The notes: generated by a model from the sequence alone, not told the origin. A stretch of 64,000 nt of DNA from an uncultured Planctomycetia bacterium (GCA_964590995.1 CAZPYY010000001.1:762-64761); one strand, 5' to 3'; shown: positions 10,497-21,248, numbered from the stretch's first letter. Made by a program: numbers and translations.

Positions 10497-11249
10497 TTAA
10501 ACTTCCATTTCCCTTATCGGGCCGCCGGAAGTTCCTTTTAAAAACTGAATTAGCCTCTCATCTTTGGATTTCTCTAAATTGTTTTTATCGCCCTCAAAGA
10601 TGATTTTTCCTCCTAATAAAAACGCTAAACGATCAGCAAGCCTTAAACCAACCTCTAAATCATGAGTTACTACTACTGAAGTAATAGCCAGACGCTGATG
10701 AAGATCTTCAATCAAATTTACTATTTTATCCACAGCAATAGGGTCAATTCCGGTAGTCGGCTCATCATAAATTATAATCTTGGGGTTGTAAATAATTGCC
10801 CTGGCTATAGCTACCCTTTTCTTCATCCCTCCGCTTAACTCATAGGGGTGCATATCCTCTATACCTTCTAAGCCGACCAGGGCTAAAGTCTCAGTTACTC
10901 TTTTCCTTATCTCAGATTTTTTTAGCTTTGTATGCTGATAAAAGAAGAAGCCGACATTCTCCTCTATGGTTAAGAAGTCAAAGAGAGCACTGCCTTGAAA
11001 AACCAGACCAAATTGTAATCTGACTTTTTCCAGCTTCTTCTTAGCTAACTGAGTAATATCTACGCCATCAATAGCAATAGTACCGGAATCAGGCCTTAGC
11101 AAGCCAAGGATGTTTTTAAGCAGGACTGTCTTCCCGGCACCACTGCGTCCAATCAACAGGTAGTTCTCACCCTTGTTTACCGTAAGGGTAACTCCTTTGA
11201 GAACATGCTTTTGACCAAAAGTCCTGTAAATGTTTCGTATCTTTATCAT
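10497..11249 (-). CDS. mlaF: MlaF/Mkl family ABC ATPase
   Basis: GRSGAGKT, FQGSALFD, LSGGMKKRVAIARA, YDEPTTG. Start chosen at MIKIRN, giving an ATGA overlap with the mlaE stop. Confidence 0.92.
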   Translation of the reverse strand: MIKIRNIYRTFGQKHVLKGVTLTVNKGENYLLIGRSGAGKTVLLKNILGLLRPDSGTIAIDGVDITQLAKKKLEKVRLQFGLVFQGSALFDFLTIEENVGFFFYQHTKLKKSEIRKRVTETLALVGLEGIEDMHPYELSGGMKKRVAIARAIIYNPKIIIYDEPTTGIDPIAVDKIVNLIEDLHQRLAITSVVVTHDLEVGLRLADRLAFLLGGKIIFEGDKNNLEKSKDERLIQFLKGTSGGPIREMEV

Positions 11250-12010
11250 ACCCAAGTAAAGTAAAAAAGTGCCGTTAAAATACAATCAGTAATAATAATA
11301 AGCATAAAAGACCTTACTACTGAATGAGTCACTGAACGTGAAACATCAATAGATGAAAAAGGCCTAAATCCCTCATAGCAAGAGATAAAAGCAATCACAC
11401 TGCCAAAACAAATACTCTTAACAAGGCCGCTTAAGATATCTTTGAATCTTAAGGCATCAATGGTCATCCTAAAGTAAAGACCAGCCGGAATAGCAAATTT
11501 CGTTGACCCGACTACATACCCACCCACGATACCTAAAAAATCAGCATAGATAATTAAGACTGGCATACAAACAAGTAGGGCGATAAATTTTGGAACTACT
11601 AAGTAATCTATAGGCTCTACCCCTAATGCCTCTAAAGCATCTACCTGTTCACTGATCTTCATTGAACCAATGCCAGCAGTAATAGAAGCCCCGCTTCTAG
11701 CAGCTACAATCAAAGCACCGATTACCGGACCTAATTCTCTTACTAAAGAGAGAGCTACTAAGGAAGCGAGTTGGATTTCAGAACTAAATTGCTGTAATTG
11801 GTAGGCGGTTTGAAAAGCAATTATCATTCCGATGAAGAAAGCAATTAAGGAAACTAAGGGAAAACTATCAATACCAATGAAAATTACCTCTCGGACTAAG
11901 GACTTAAGATCTCTTTTCTTGGTAAATAGCCACCAGAAGATATTCTTTATAAAAAAGCTAATACTTCCTATATAATGGAATAATTCTCCTAACCCTCTAA
12001 TTAATCCCAT
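11246..12010 (-). CDS. mlaE: MlaE family permease
   Basis: RELGPV, GSMKISEQVDAL, YLVVP motifs. Confidence 0.94.
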   Translation of the reverse strand: MGLIRGLGELFHYIGSISFFIKNIFWWLFTKKRDLKSLVREVIFIGIDSFPLVSLIAFFIGMIIAFQTAYQLQQFSSEIQLASLVALSLVRELGPVIGALIVAARSGASITAGIGSMKISEQVDALEALGVEPIDYLVVPKFIALLVCMPVLIIYADFLGIVGGYVVGSTKFAIPAGLYFRMTIDALRFKDILSGLVKSICFGSVIAFISCYEGFRPFSSIDVSRSVTHSVVRSFMLIIITDCILTALFYFTWV

Positions 12011-12918
12011 CAGAAATCCCTTCTCTTCTCAAATCTCAAAGTAGTTCCTTCTTCCTCCATCTTCAATCTCAAAAACTTATCATCTTTCCAATTATAACGC
12101 AGCTCTGTCTGAGGCCCTGACCCCTCTTCTCCTCCATTAGTATTTACAAAGACACCAAACTTCTCATCAAGCTGCTTCTTAAGCCCTACGCTTTCATTAT
12201 CCCCGGAAAATAGCTGCCATTGATCAATAAAAACCTTCTGAGGGCTATATTCTGCTCCTGGTAGTATATTAGAGAAATCCCGCAGGTCCAATACTCCTTT
12301 GATTTCTACAACATTGCCATTCTTAAGAATAAGCTGGGAATCAGTAATATTTAGCACCGGTAGTCTTCCTAAGAAATCTATACGTAAGTAGGTAAATTCC
12401 TTACCCTTATACTTACCGCCATCTACCACCAAATAACCGCTGGTAAGAAAACTACTAATACCTCCCCAGGCTTTCACCTTTATCTTTACCTCACCCTCTA
12501 AGAATGAAGAGCTTTCCTCCCAGCTACCCTCAACATCAAAATTAAGCTCATTTTTGGCTGAGTCGATCTGGCCCCTACCTATAAATTGAGGTAGGTAGAT
12601 GTAAGGAATAAAGATGCTGTCTCCTCTTGAGACTAATCTCGTCCTTGCCCAGGGTATGCCTTTATCGGCAAAGGTAATGTTACTCCCCGCTGCTTCCAAT
12701 ATCAAAGAACCACCCTCTTCATCTAATGCAAAAATAAATTCGCCATTAACTTTACAACTCCCAAGATTAAAATCAACAAGCTTTACTTGATTTTTGATCA
12801 AGTCAATCTCGATTAAATCCTGTTGGCCGGATGCCTCCGCATCTGACCAAGATGCAAAGCTGCTTTCGCAAATTAGACAAAGAGCTACTAGGCAGATAAC
12901 AAGTAGAAGCCTTAGCAT
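12010..12918 (-). CDS. Hypothetical exported beta-rich protein
   Basis: N-terminal signal-peptide-like stretch; overlaps both clpC and mlaE; no recognised family. Confidence 0.7.
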   Translation of the reverse strand: MLRLLLVICLVALCLICESSFASWSDAEASGQQDLIEIDLIKNQVKLVDFNLGSCKVNGEFIFALDEEGGSLILEAAGSNITFADKGIPWARTRLVSRGDSIFIPYIYLPQFIGRGQIDSAKNELNFDVEGSWEESSSFLEGEVKIKVKAWGGISSFLTSGYLVVDGGKYKGKEFTYLRIDFLGRLPVLNITDSQLILKNGNVVEIKGVLDLRDFSNILPGAEYSPQKVFIDQWQLFSGDNESVGLKKQLDEKFGVFVNTNGGEEGSGPQTELRYNWKDDKFLRLKMEEEGTTLRFEKRRDF

Positions 12919-15365
12919 TCAAATTTCAATATCTCCCCTTTACGTGTTATCTTTATCTTTATAGTCTCGTCTTCTTTCTTCTCTTTTAACCTTTTAGTGA
13001 AACTTCCCTTTATTATATCCTCAGCTAAAGGATCTTCTAAGAACCTCTGGATAACTCTCTTTAAGGGCCGAGCTCCAAAAACTGGATCAAAACCCTTCTC
13101 AATAAAGAAATCCCTAGACTTAGGTGTTAGCTCCACTTGGAAACCCTGCTCAAGGAGCCGTTGGTTTACGTAGGAAATCTCAATATCTACTATCTTCTCT
13201 AAGTTCTTCTTGGTTAGGGCCTTAAACACAGTAATCTCGTCTAAACGGTTCAGAAACTCCGGCTTAAAGGTCTTTTTTACCTCTTCCATCAGTATATCCT
13301 TCATAGCATCATGGCTAATATCCTCACTGACTTCCTTAAACCCTAAAGACCCCTTCTTTCTTATGACTTCAGCTCCAACATTAGAAGTCATAATAAGAAT
13401 TGTATTGCGGAAATCAACTCTTCGGCCATAACTATCAGTAAGTCTCCCCTCTTCTAAAATCTGCAACAAGAGGTTAAAGACATCAGGGTGAGCCTTCTCA
13501 ATTTCATCCAGCAAGAGTACCGAATATGGCCGGCGCCTTACCCTCTCAGTTAATTGGCCGCCCTCTTCATAACCAACATATCCTGGAGGGGCACCGATTA
13601 AACGAGAAACATTAAATTTCTCCATATATTCACTCATATCTATTTGAATTAATGCTTCTTCATTGCCAAACATAAACTCAGCCAAAGCTCGAGCAAGTAA
13701 AGTCTTACCGACTCCTGTTGGCCCTAAAAACATAAATGAACCTATTGGCCGGCGGGGTTCTTTTATCCCAGCCCTGGCTCTTCTAACTGAACGAGCAATT
13801 GCTTCAATTGCTTCACTCTGGCCAACTACCCTTGAAATCAGCTCTTCTTCTATCTTCATCAGCTTAGCTGACTCTTTCTCTTCTAACCGGTAAATAGGTA
13901 CTCCGGTAATCTGAGATACTAATTGAGCAATCTCTTCTTCTCCTACCTCAGGAGTAATCTGGTCTCTCTTATTACCCCATTCTCTTCTTAAACCTTCGAG
14001 CTTAAGCCGCATGTTCTTCTCCTCATCTCTTAAGCGAGCAGCTTTCTCAAAGTCTTGTTGTTTTATCAAGGCTTCCTTCTCAATAACGATATTGGCTAAT
14101 TTTTCTTCTAACTCCTTTATTTCATTAGGAGCAGTCAGAACTGAGAGACGTGACCTTGCTCCAGCCTCATCAATTAAATCTATAGCTTTATCAGGAAGGA
14201 ATCTTCCCGAAATATACCTATCGGATAGCTTAGCCGCAGCTTGGAGTGTTTCATCAGCAAATTTTACCCGGTGATGTGCCTCATACTTATCTCTTAGGCC
14301 AATTAAAATCTTTACTGTCTCTTCAACCGTATTAGCTTCAACAAATATCGGCTGGAATCTCCTCTCTAAGGCTGAATCTTTCTCAATATGCTTTCTATAC
14401 TCATCAAGAGTAGTCGCTCCTACACATTGAATTTCACCGCGAGATAAGGCTGGCTTTAAGATATTCGAAGCATCAATTGCTCCTTCAGCAGCTCCGGCTC
14501 CTACTAAAGTATGCATCTCATCGATAAAGATGATAACATCTTTAGAACGCTTTATCTCTTCCATAACTGCTTTTATTCTCTCTTCGAATTGACCGCGGTA
14601 TTTTGTTCCGGCAATCATCAAAGCTAAATCCAAAACTACTATCCTCTTTCCTCTTAAAACCTCAGGCACATCGCCCTTAACTATATCCTGAGCTAACCCT
14701 TCAACTATAGCAGTCTTGCCTACACCGGCTTCTCCTAAAAGAACCGGGTTATTCTTGGTCCGCCGAGATAAGATTTGAATAACTCTTTCTATCTCAACCT
14801 TTCTTCCAATTACTGGATCAAGTTTTCCTTCTTTAGTTAATTTAGTTAAATCCCGGCCAAAAGAATCTAGAGCTGGGGTCTTTGAAGCGGTTTGATTATT
14901 ACTGCTTCCGGTAGGTTGAGGATGAGCGCTTCCGCCTAAGAGAGCAGATATCTCTTTTCTTATTCCCTTTAAATCTACTCCGGCTGAAAAGAGTACTTGG
15001 GAAGCAGCTCCCTCTTCTTCGCGTAATAGACCTAAGAGTATGTGCTCGGTTCCGATATAATTATGACCCAAGCCCCGCGCTTCCTCAGCAGCAAGTTCTA
15101 AAGCCTTTTTTGCCCGGGGAGTAAAGGGAATATCACCTAAGACTGAGCCTACGCTTCCGGCAGAAACCAGTTTCTCAATCTCAATCCTTAAACGCTCTAG
15201 GTCTACCCCTAAATTTTGCAAAACTGCACAAGCTACTCCTTCTCCTTCGCGAATTAAACCTAAAAGTATGTGCTCGGTTCCGATATAATCATGGTTAAAT
15301 CTTCGGGCCTCTTCCTTAGCTAAAACTAAAACTTTTCGCGCTCTTTCGGTAAATCGATTAAACAT
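12912..15365 (-). CDS. clpC: ATP-dependent Clp protease ATPase subunit ClpC
   Basis: Double Clp-N repeats, two AAA+ modules (GEAGVGKT, GPTGVGKT), UVR domain; next to mcsB. Confidence 0.97.
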   Translation of the reverse strand: MFNRFTERARKVLVLAKEEARRFNHDYIGTEHILLGLIREGEGVACAVLQNLGVDLERLRIEIEKLVSAGSVGSVLGDIPFTPRAKKALELAAEEARGLGHNYIGTEHILLGLLREEEGAASQVLFSAGVDLKGIRKEISALLGGSAHPQPTGSSNNQTASKTPALDSFGRDLTKLTKEGKLDPVIGRKVEIERVIQILSRRTKNNPVLLGEAGVGKTAIVEGLAQDIVKGDVPEVLRGKRIVVLDLALMIAGTKYRGQFEERIKAVMEEIKRSKDVIIFIDEMHTLVGAGAAEGAIDASNILKPALSRGEIQCVGATTLDEYRKHIEKDSALERRFQPIFVEANTVEETVKILIGLRDKYEAHHRVKFADETLQAAAKLSDRYISGRFLPDKAIDLIDEAGARSRLSVLTAPNEIKELEEKLANIVIEKEALIKQQDFEKAARLRDEEKNMRLKLEGLRREWGNKRDQITPEVGEEEIAQLVSQITGVPIYRLEEKESAKLMKIEEELISRVVGQSEAIEAIARSVRRARAGIKEPRRPIGSFMFLGPTGVGKTLLARALAEFMFGNEEALIQIDMSEYMEKFNVSRLIGAPPGYVGYEEGGQLTERVRRRPYSVLLLDEIEKAHPDVFNLLLQILEEGRLTDSYGRRVDFRNTILIMTSNVGAEVIRKKGSLGFKEVSEDISHDAMKDILMEEVKKTFKPEFLNRLDEITVFKALTKKNLEKIVDIEISYVNQRLLEQGFQVELTPKSRDFFIEKGFDPVFGARPLKRVIQRFLEDPLAEDIIKGSFTKRLKEKKEDETIKIKITRKGEILKFEC

Positions 15366-16434
15366 CTTCTCCTCCTAACTTCTTCCTTAGAATTTCTGCT
15401 CTTATGTAGTCTCTTTCTCTCTCTTTTAGCGATTTTGACTCTATTTTTTGCAAATGTGCTGGTTGAATTATAATAAAAAGGCTGTTTATTACCTCTCGGC
15501 CCTTACCCTTAGAGGATAAATCTGTATTTTTAATTATACCTAAATCTAACCCTAAACACAAGATAGAAAGGTGGCTTAAAGCCTCTCGGCTACTAATCAA
15601 ACGGCTATTTCGCAAAATCCCTAAAGCCCTCCAGACACTATCCTCAAGACTTATCTTGTGTTTCTTAAGGAGGGTATTACGAGCATCGGTCTCTTGAGCT
15701 TTAACTTGATTTACTACCCCAATCAGATTATCAACCAGCTCTTTCTCGGAAAGGCCTAGGCTAACCTGATTAGAAATCTGGAAAAAGTTTCCGAGAGCTT
15801 GGGTTCCTTCGCCAAATAAACCCCGGGTAGTAAATGATATCCGAGTTAACAATTCTAATATCTTGTTTATCCGTTTAGTAAGAGCAAGTGCCGGCAGGTG
15901 TAACATGCATGATGCCCTTAGAGCCGTACCAACATTAGTAGGGCAAGCAGTTAAATAACCTAAATCCGATAAAAACGAAAACGAAATCTTCTTCTCTAAG
16001 TCCTTGTCAATCTCCTCTAATATCTGCCAACACTTCTTTAAATCAAAGCCTGAGAGTATAACTTGGGAGCGAAGATGATCCTCTTCATTGATCATAATTG
16101 AAATCTTCTCATCGCCCGATACGATCAAACCCTTCTCCTTGCTGGCAACAACATGCTCCTGACTTATTAAGTGCCGCTCAAGTAAAAACTGGCTATCCAA
16201 AGCACTCAACTCAGCCATATTCACAAAAGTGCTGTTTCTTAGCCTATTTATCTGAGGATAAGCTTCTCTTACCTTATCCAGGACCTCCTTTTTCTGAGCA
16301 CTACTTGCCCGAGAAGGAAAGGGTAAGTTGGCAATATTGCGAGCTAGACGGATTCGCGAGGAGAAGACTATCTCAGCCTCCGGCCCCTTGCCATTTAGCC
16401 AACTATCCTTGTTATTTAGAAAATACTCAAACAT
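15358..16434 (-). CDS. mcsB: Protein-arginine kinase
   Basis: SSRIRLARN, NEEDHLR, GYLTACPTNVGT, FQISNQ motifs. Confidence 0.96.
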   Translation of the reverse strand: MFEYFLNNKDSWLNGKGPEAEIVFSSRIRLARNIANLPFPSRASSAQKKEVLDKVREAYPQINRLRNSTFVNMAELSALDSQFLLERHLISQEHVVASKEKGLIVSGDEKISIMINEEDHLRSQVILSGFDLKKCWQILEEIDKDLEKKISFSFLSDLGYLTACPTNVGTALRASCMLHLPALALTKRINKILELLTRISFTTRGLFGEGTQALGNFFQISNQVSLGLSEKELVDNLIGVVNQVKAQETDARNTLLKKHKISLEDSVWRALGILRNSRLISSREALSHLSILCLGLDLGIIKNTDLSSKGKGREVINSLFIIIQPAHLQKIESKSLKERERDYIRAEILRKKLGGEDV

Positions 16435-16440
16435 ATTAGA

Positions 16441-16549
16441 AAGTTATAAGTTGTAAGTCTTGAGTTTTAAGTTTTTTAGAAAATGTATAAATCATACGGC
16501 TAAGTTCCGCCTTCTTAACTTATAACTTAAAACTTATAACTTAAAACTA
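16441..16549. repeat. Intergenic inverted heptamer array
   Basis: AAGTTAT AAGTTGT AAGTCTT GAGTTTT AAGTTTT (16441-16475) facing TTAACTT ATAACTT AAAACTT ATAACTT AAAACTA (16515-16549). Confidence 0.8.
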
Positions 16550-17038
16550 TTTTTTCTTCTTCTCCAATCCCTTTATTTTATCCCTTAGCTTAGCAGCCTC
16601 CTCATACTCCTCAAGCTGGATAGCTCTGCGCAGACGCTGATGCAACTCAGCAACCTTTAGTTGACTGGAAGCCTTCTTATCTAAACTAGTTGGAGCCTTT
16701 CCGGTATGAGTAGTTGCGCTATGAATTTTTTTTAGCAAAGGCAGAAGAAATCTGCGAAAAGTTTCATAGCACTTTCCACAGCCTAATCTCCCTTTTTTCT
16801 TAAAATCCTCATAACTAAGACCACAAGAAGGACACCTTAATAAGCGGCGCTCTTGAGGTAGACCGCCTACCATATCAGCAAGGCTACCGAGAAAACCGGA
16901 TATGTTAAGATGCTTATCCAGCTCATTAGCCTTAGCCTGAGCACAAACCTGACAAATATGCATCTCAACAACCTTGTCGTTTATAATCTCAGTGAGATGA
17001 ACTGTAGCATTATTTTTATGGCAGATGTCACAAACCAT
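16547..17038 (-). CDS. mcsA: McsB activator McsA
   Basis: Four CxxC motifs, GRLGC..CY, C-terminal UVR (EEYEEAAKLRD). Confidence 0.95.
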   Translation of the reverse strand: MVCDICHKNNATVHLTEIINDKVVEMHICQVCAQAKANELDKHLNISGFLGSLADMVGGLPQERRLLRCPSCGLSYEDFKKKGRLGCGKCYETFRRFLLPLLKKIHSATTHTGKAPTSLDKKASSQLKVAELHQRLRRAIQLEEYEEAAKLRDKIKGLEKKKK

Positions 17039-17052
17039 ATTTCTGTCTCCTA

Positions 17053-17928
17053 TTAAAGAGTATACTTAACCCCCTTAGCCTTAGTAAGCTTTTTGAATTC
17101 CTTCATTATTGTCTTAGTAGTCTTACCAGGTTTAGCATCACCTATTGCCCGGCCATCAACCCTTACTACCGGAACAATTTCAGCTGCAGTTCCGGTTAAG
17201 AAACACTCATCGCTGATAAAGAGCTCGTGGCGAGTAAGCACATGCTCATGAGTAGGTATCTTCTTTTTTCTAGCAATATCTAATACCGTATCTCGAGTAA
17301 TACCCCTTAAGGTCCCCATACATTGAGGCGGAGTATAGAGCTCTCCCTTCTTAACTACGAAGATATTATCTCCGGTACACTCAGCAACATAACCTAAGTG
17401 ATCGAGCATTAAAGCTTCTTGGCAGCCGGAATTTATAGCCTCTATCTTAGCTAATATGTTGTTCAGATAGTTTAAGGATTTTATTTGAGGATTTAGAGCC
17501 TCACAGATATTCCTTATAGTCGGAACAGTAATTATCTCCATGCCTCTATCGTATAATTTTTTGGGATAAAAGGTTATTTTATCGGTAATTATAACTACTG
17601 TTTCATTACCTTTACACTTTCTAGGATCTAAGCCTAGATCACCTTGGCCTCGGGAGATTACTACCCGGATATAGGCATCTTTTAGACCGTTAGCTCTAAG
17701 AGTCTCGATCACAGCCCGGGTCATCTCCTTTTTAGAGAGAGGAACCTTTAACATAATTGAATGAGCTGATTCAAATAATCTATCAATATGCTCCTTTAGT
17801 TTAAAGACCAAAGAGCCATAAGAGCGTATTCCTTCGAATACACCATCTCCATATAAAAACCCGTGGTCAAACACTGAGACTTTTGCATCTTTTTTATCTA
17901 CCAGTTTTCCGTTCAAATAAACCTTCAT
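17053..17928 (-). CDS. ilvE: Branched-chain amino acid aminotransferase
   Basis: YGDGVFEGIR, KSLNYL, ECTGDNIF, GITR, GTAAE motifs. Confidence 0.96.
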   Translation of the reverse strand: MKVYLNGKLVDKKDAKVSVFDHGFLYGDGVFEGIRSYGSLVFKLKEHIDRLFESAHSIMLKVPLSKKEMTRAVIETLRANGLKDAYIRVVISRGQGDLGLDPRKCKGNETVVIITDKITFYPKKLYDRGMEIITVPTIRNICEALNPQIKSLNYLNNILAKIEAINSGCQEALMLDHLGYVAECTGDNIFVVKKGELYTPPQCMGTLRGITRDTVLDIARKKKIPTHEHVLTRHELFISDECFLTGTAAEIVPVVRVDGRAIGDAKPGKTTKTIMKEFKKLTKAKGVKYTL

Positions 17929-17946
17929 CCATTACCTCCTACCGGT

Positions 17947-18624
17947 TTAGGATTCGCCTAAACCGAGCTCACCGTCTTTAATAAATAACCTATCCTTAGC
18001 GCACTTAGCTAACTCTAAATTATGAGTAACTAAGATTATTGTCTTATTCTTCTCTTTATTTAACTTACCTAATAGAGCAACTACCTTCTCTTGAGAGTCT
18101 TTATCTAGGTTGCCTGTAGGTTCATCACAGAGAATAACCTCAGGGTCATTAACCAAAGCCCGGGCAAAGGCCACCTTCTGCTTTTGCCCTCCGCTTAACT
18201 GCGAAGGAAAAGCCTTCTTCCTCTCCTCTATTCCTAAGTATTTTAACAAGTCTTCTATGGTTTTAAAAGAGTATTTTCGTCTATTTAAATCCAGGGCTAA
18301 AGTAATATTTTCAAGGATATTTAGCTCATCGATGAGGTGATAAAACTGAAAAACAAACCCAATATGCTTATTTCTCCATATTGAGAGCTCTTTATCCTTC
18401 ATTTTGTAGATATTTTTGCCCTTAAAAAGTACCTGACCTCTAGTAGGAGAGTCTAGACCGCCTAAGCTATGAAGCAAGGTAGACTTGCCTGCTCCGGAAG
18501 GGCCAACTATAGCCAGGTAATCTCCGGAATCAAGAGATAAAGAGAGCCCCTTTAAAGCCTGGATTCGCTCTTGGCCGCTACGATATTCTTTAGTTAAAGA
18601 ATTTACTTTAAATAACTCACTCAT
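17947..18624 (-). CDS. lolD: Lipoprotein-releasing ABC ATPase, LolD-like
   Basis: [26 protein letters not shown]; follows a lolC/E-like gene. Confidence 0.85.
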   Translation of the reverse strand: MSELFKVNSLTKEYRSGQERIQALKGLSLSLDSGDYLAIVGPSGAGKSTLLHSLGGLDSPTRGQVLFKGKNIYKMKDKELSIWRNKHIGFVFQFYHLIDELNILENITLALDLNRRKYSFKTIEDLLKYLGIEERKKAFPSQLSGGQKQKVAFARALVNDPEVILCDEPTGNLDKDSQEKVVALLGKLNKEKNKTIILVTHNLELAKCAKDRLFIKDGELGLGES

Positions 18625-19774
18625 AACGTAAAGCCTCGGAAGGCTGTAGCCTGGCTGCTCTCATTGCCGGGAGCAAGCTAAAGATAAAAGACAAAGCTAT
18701 CCCAACCAGAACAATTAAACTGATATCTCGATAATTTATTGCCATTGGCAAGTACTCAATGTAGTAAATCTCCTGGGGTAACTTTATAAAAGGAAACTTC
18801 TCTAAAGCAATACATAGGCCTAAACCTAAGACTGTTCCCGATAAGGTACCGATAAATCCTAAAAGTAGGCCTTGTAAACTAAATATTCTTGAAATCCTTT
18901 TGCGAGTAAAACCTAAAGATTTTAAAATTCCAATATCTTTAGTCTTCTCTACTACCCCTACAGTCAAAGTGGCAAAGATATTAAAAGCAGCAACTAAAAT
19001 TATTAAGCTTAAGATAATAAACATTACTAACTTCTCTAACTGCAAGGCTGAGAAGAAGACCTGATTAGATTCCATCCAGGTAGATACAAACACATCCTGG
19101 TTAAACTCAGCTAATATCTTCTCCTTTATTTGAGAAGCTTTATAGGGGTCGCTTATCCTGACCCCTAAGAAGAGAAGGTAATTAGAAGAGAGGCTCTTGG
19201 CTCGCTCTAAATCAGTGATAAGGTAATTGTTATCAATATCATAGAGGCCGACTTTGAAAGCTCCTCTTACAACTCCCCTCTGCAATTGCAGTTTTTTCTT
19301 CAAGGGATAGAACTCTATTCTGTCTAAGATAAAAAACCTTCTCTTTAATCCTTCACCAATAAAAAAGCCCTCGGAGGCTGTTTCTCTAGTAATGTATTGG
19401 TAGAGTATTTGTCTCTCTTCTTTGTCTTGGAAGTCAACTCCCTTAACTGCCAAAGGAAGAACTAGATTATCAAACTTAGCAAAGACTTGGGTCTGAAGCG
19501 ATATTGATGCAGCTTCTACATCTTCCCAAGTCTCTAACTCTTTTTCTATTTCCGGTAACTGCTCTTGATCTAAGCACTCTATAGTTAAATGCTGGTTAAA
19601 GCGCATTAACCTATCCATTAAATCCCGGTCAAAACCGTTCATTACCGAGATAACTACGATTAAAGTAGCTACACCGAGAGCTATCCCTAAGCAAGAGACA
19701 ATTCCGATAAAGGAAATATGCCTAGCTCTTCCGCGAAAAAGATAGCGCCGTGCCAAAAATAGTTCAGGTATCAT
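18617..19774 (-). CDS. Lipoprotein-releasing ABC permease, LolC/E family
   Basis: SVMNGF, LVAAFNI, DIGILKSLG, PA.RAA.L.P.EALRYE; lysS-lolC/E-lolD synteny. Confidence 0.9.
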   Translation of the reverse strand: MIPELFLARRYLFRGRARHISFIGIVSCLGIALGVATLIVVISVMNGFDRDLMDRLMRFNQHLTIECLDQEQLPEIEKELETWEDVEAASISLQTQVFAKFDNLVLPLAVKGVDFQDKEERQILYQYITRETASEGFFIGEGLKRRFFILDRIEFYPLKKKLQLQRGVVRGAFKVGLYDIDNNYLITDLERAKSLSSNYLLFLGVRISDPYKASQIKEKILAEFNQDVFVSTWMESNQVFFSALQLEKLVMFIILSLIILVAAFNIFATLTVGVVEKTKDIGILKSLGFTRKRISRIFSLQGLLLGFIGTLSGTVLGLGLCIALEKFPFIKLPQEIYYIEYLPMAINYRDISLIVLVGIALSFIFSLLPAMRAARLQPSEALRYE

Positions 19775-21188
19775 TAGGTAACGGTTTAAGGAGAGGAAAG
19801 AGAATTACGTCCCTTATCGAAGGTTGATTAAGCAGGAGCATTACCAGCCTATCCATGCCTATTCCCAAACCAGCAGCTGGAGGCATGCCATATTCTAAGC
19901 TAAGTAAGAAGTCATTATCGATCTTCTTGGGTAGCTCCTCTTCTACTTCTAATTGTTTATTAAAACGTGCTTTTTGCTCGAGGGGATCATTTAACTCTGA
20001 GTAGGCATTAGCGACCTCAAGCCCTCCAATAAATAATTCAAACCTCTCCACTATATAAGGATTATCTTTCTTCTGCTTAGCTAAAGGAGAAGTCCAGCTA
20101 AATTGATCAGTAATAAACGCTGGCTTACCTGCAGGATAGTTCTTCTCAATCAGCTCCTCAGTTATATTAAGAATTTGGCTGCGGCTTAGGCCTTTAGCTA
20201 ATTTTAGCTTCTTACTTATCTTATCCAACATTACATCCTGAGAGTCACTCATCCTTATACCAAATTCCTTATCGAAAAGCTTGGCAAAAGAAATCCTCTG
20301 CCAAGGTGGAGTAAGATCTATTTTTTTGCCTTGAAATTCTAAGATTGGCGAAGAGTTCATCTCTTGAGCCAGATGTAAGAATAAATCTTCACAGACCTTC
20401 ATCATATACTCATAATTCTCATAAGCGCAATATGCTTCAAGCATAGTAAATTCAGGATTATGCCGCCTAGAAACCCCTTCATTACGAAAACTTCTGTTTA
20501 TCTCATATACTTTTTCCAAACCTCCGACTAAAAGACGCTTTAAGTAAAGCTCGGGAGCAATTCTAAGATAAACATCGCTATTAGTAGTATTATGAAAGGT
20601 TGCAAAAGGCCGGCCAGCTGCCCCGCCGGCAATCCGATGCAACATTGGAGTCTCAACCTCCAAATACTTAAGACGGTCAAAGAAATCTCTAGTTAAAGAG
20701 ATTATCTTTGAACGCTTCATAAAAACTTCTTTAACTTCGGGGTTAGAGATTAAATCAAGATAGCGTTGACGATACCTTACCTCTACATCCTTTAGCCCAT
20801 GCCACTTCTCAGGTAGAGGTCTGAGAGCCTTAGCTAGAAGTTTTATTTCACTAACCAATAGTGTTGACTCATTGGTACGGGTAGTAAATAGCTTACCCTT
20901 AACGCCAATAATATCTCCGATATCCATTTCCTTGAAAAGCTGGAAAAGACCACCCAAAGTATTGACCTGGGCATAAATCTGTATTTTTCCGGTATGATCG
21001 CTGATATGAGCGAAACCGGATTTACCATGCTCACGCTTGGTAACCAGCCTTCCGGCAACTGAAACCTCTTTCTCCTTTTCAAAAGAATCTAAGATCTCCT
21101 TGATAGTCAAAGGCTTAGGAAAATCAGTCACCTTGAAAGGGGAACCAAACTTCTCGGAAATTTTCTTTAGTTTTTCTTCTGCTTCCAT
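19764..21188 (-). CDS. lysS: Lysine--tRNA ligase (class II)
   Basis: LPEKWHGL.D.E.RYRQRY, LRIAPELYLKRL, FRNEG, GLGIGMDRL motifs. Confidence 0.98.
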   Translation of the reverse strand: MEAEEKLKKISEKFGSPFKVTDFPKPLTIKEILDSFEKEKEVSVAGRLVTKREHGKSGFAHISDHTGKIQIYAQVNTLGGLFQLFKEMDIGDIIGVKGKLFTTRTNESTLLVSEIKLLAKALRPLPEKWHGLKDVEVRYRQRYLDLISNPEVKEVFMKRSKIISLTRDFFDRLKYLEVETPMLHRIAGGAAGRPFATFHNTTNSDVYLRIAPELYLKRLLVGGLEKVYEINRSFRNEGVSRRHNPEFTMLEAYCAYENYEYMMKVCEDLFLHLAQEMNSSPILEFQGKKIDLTPPWQRISFAKLFDKEFGIRMSDSQDVMLDKISKKLKLAKGLSRSQILNITEELIEKNYPAGKPAFITDQFSWTSPLAKQKKDNPYIVERFELFIGGLEVANAYSELNDPLEQKARFNKQLEVEEELPKKIDNDFLLSLEYGMPPAAGLGIGMDRLVMLLLNQPSIRDVILFPLLKPLPNDT

Positions 21189-21248
21189 AACTTATAGATT
21201 ATATATAATATATCTATTACTGTCAAATTAAATCCCTGCTTACCCATA

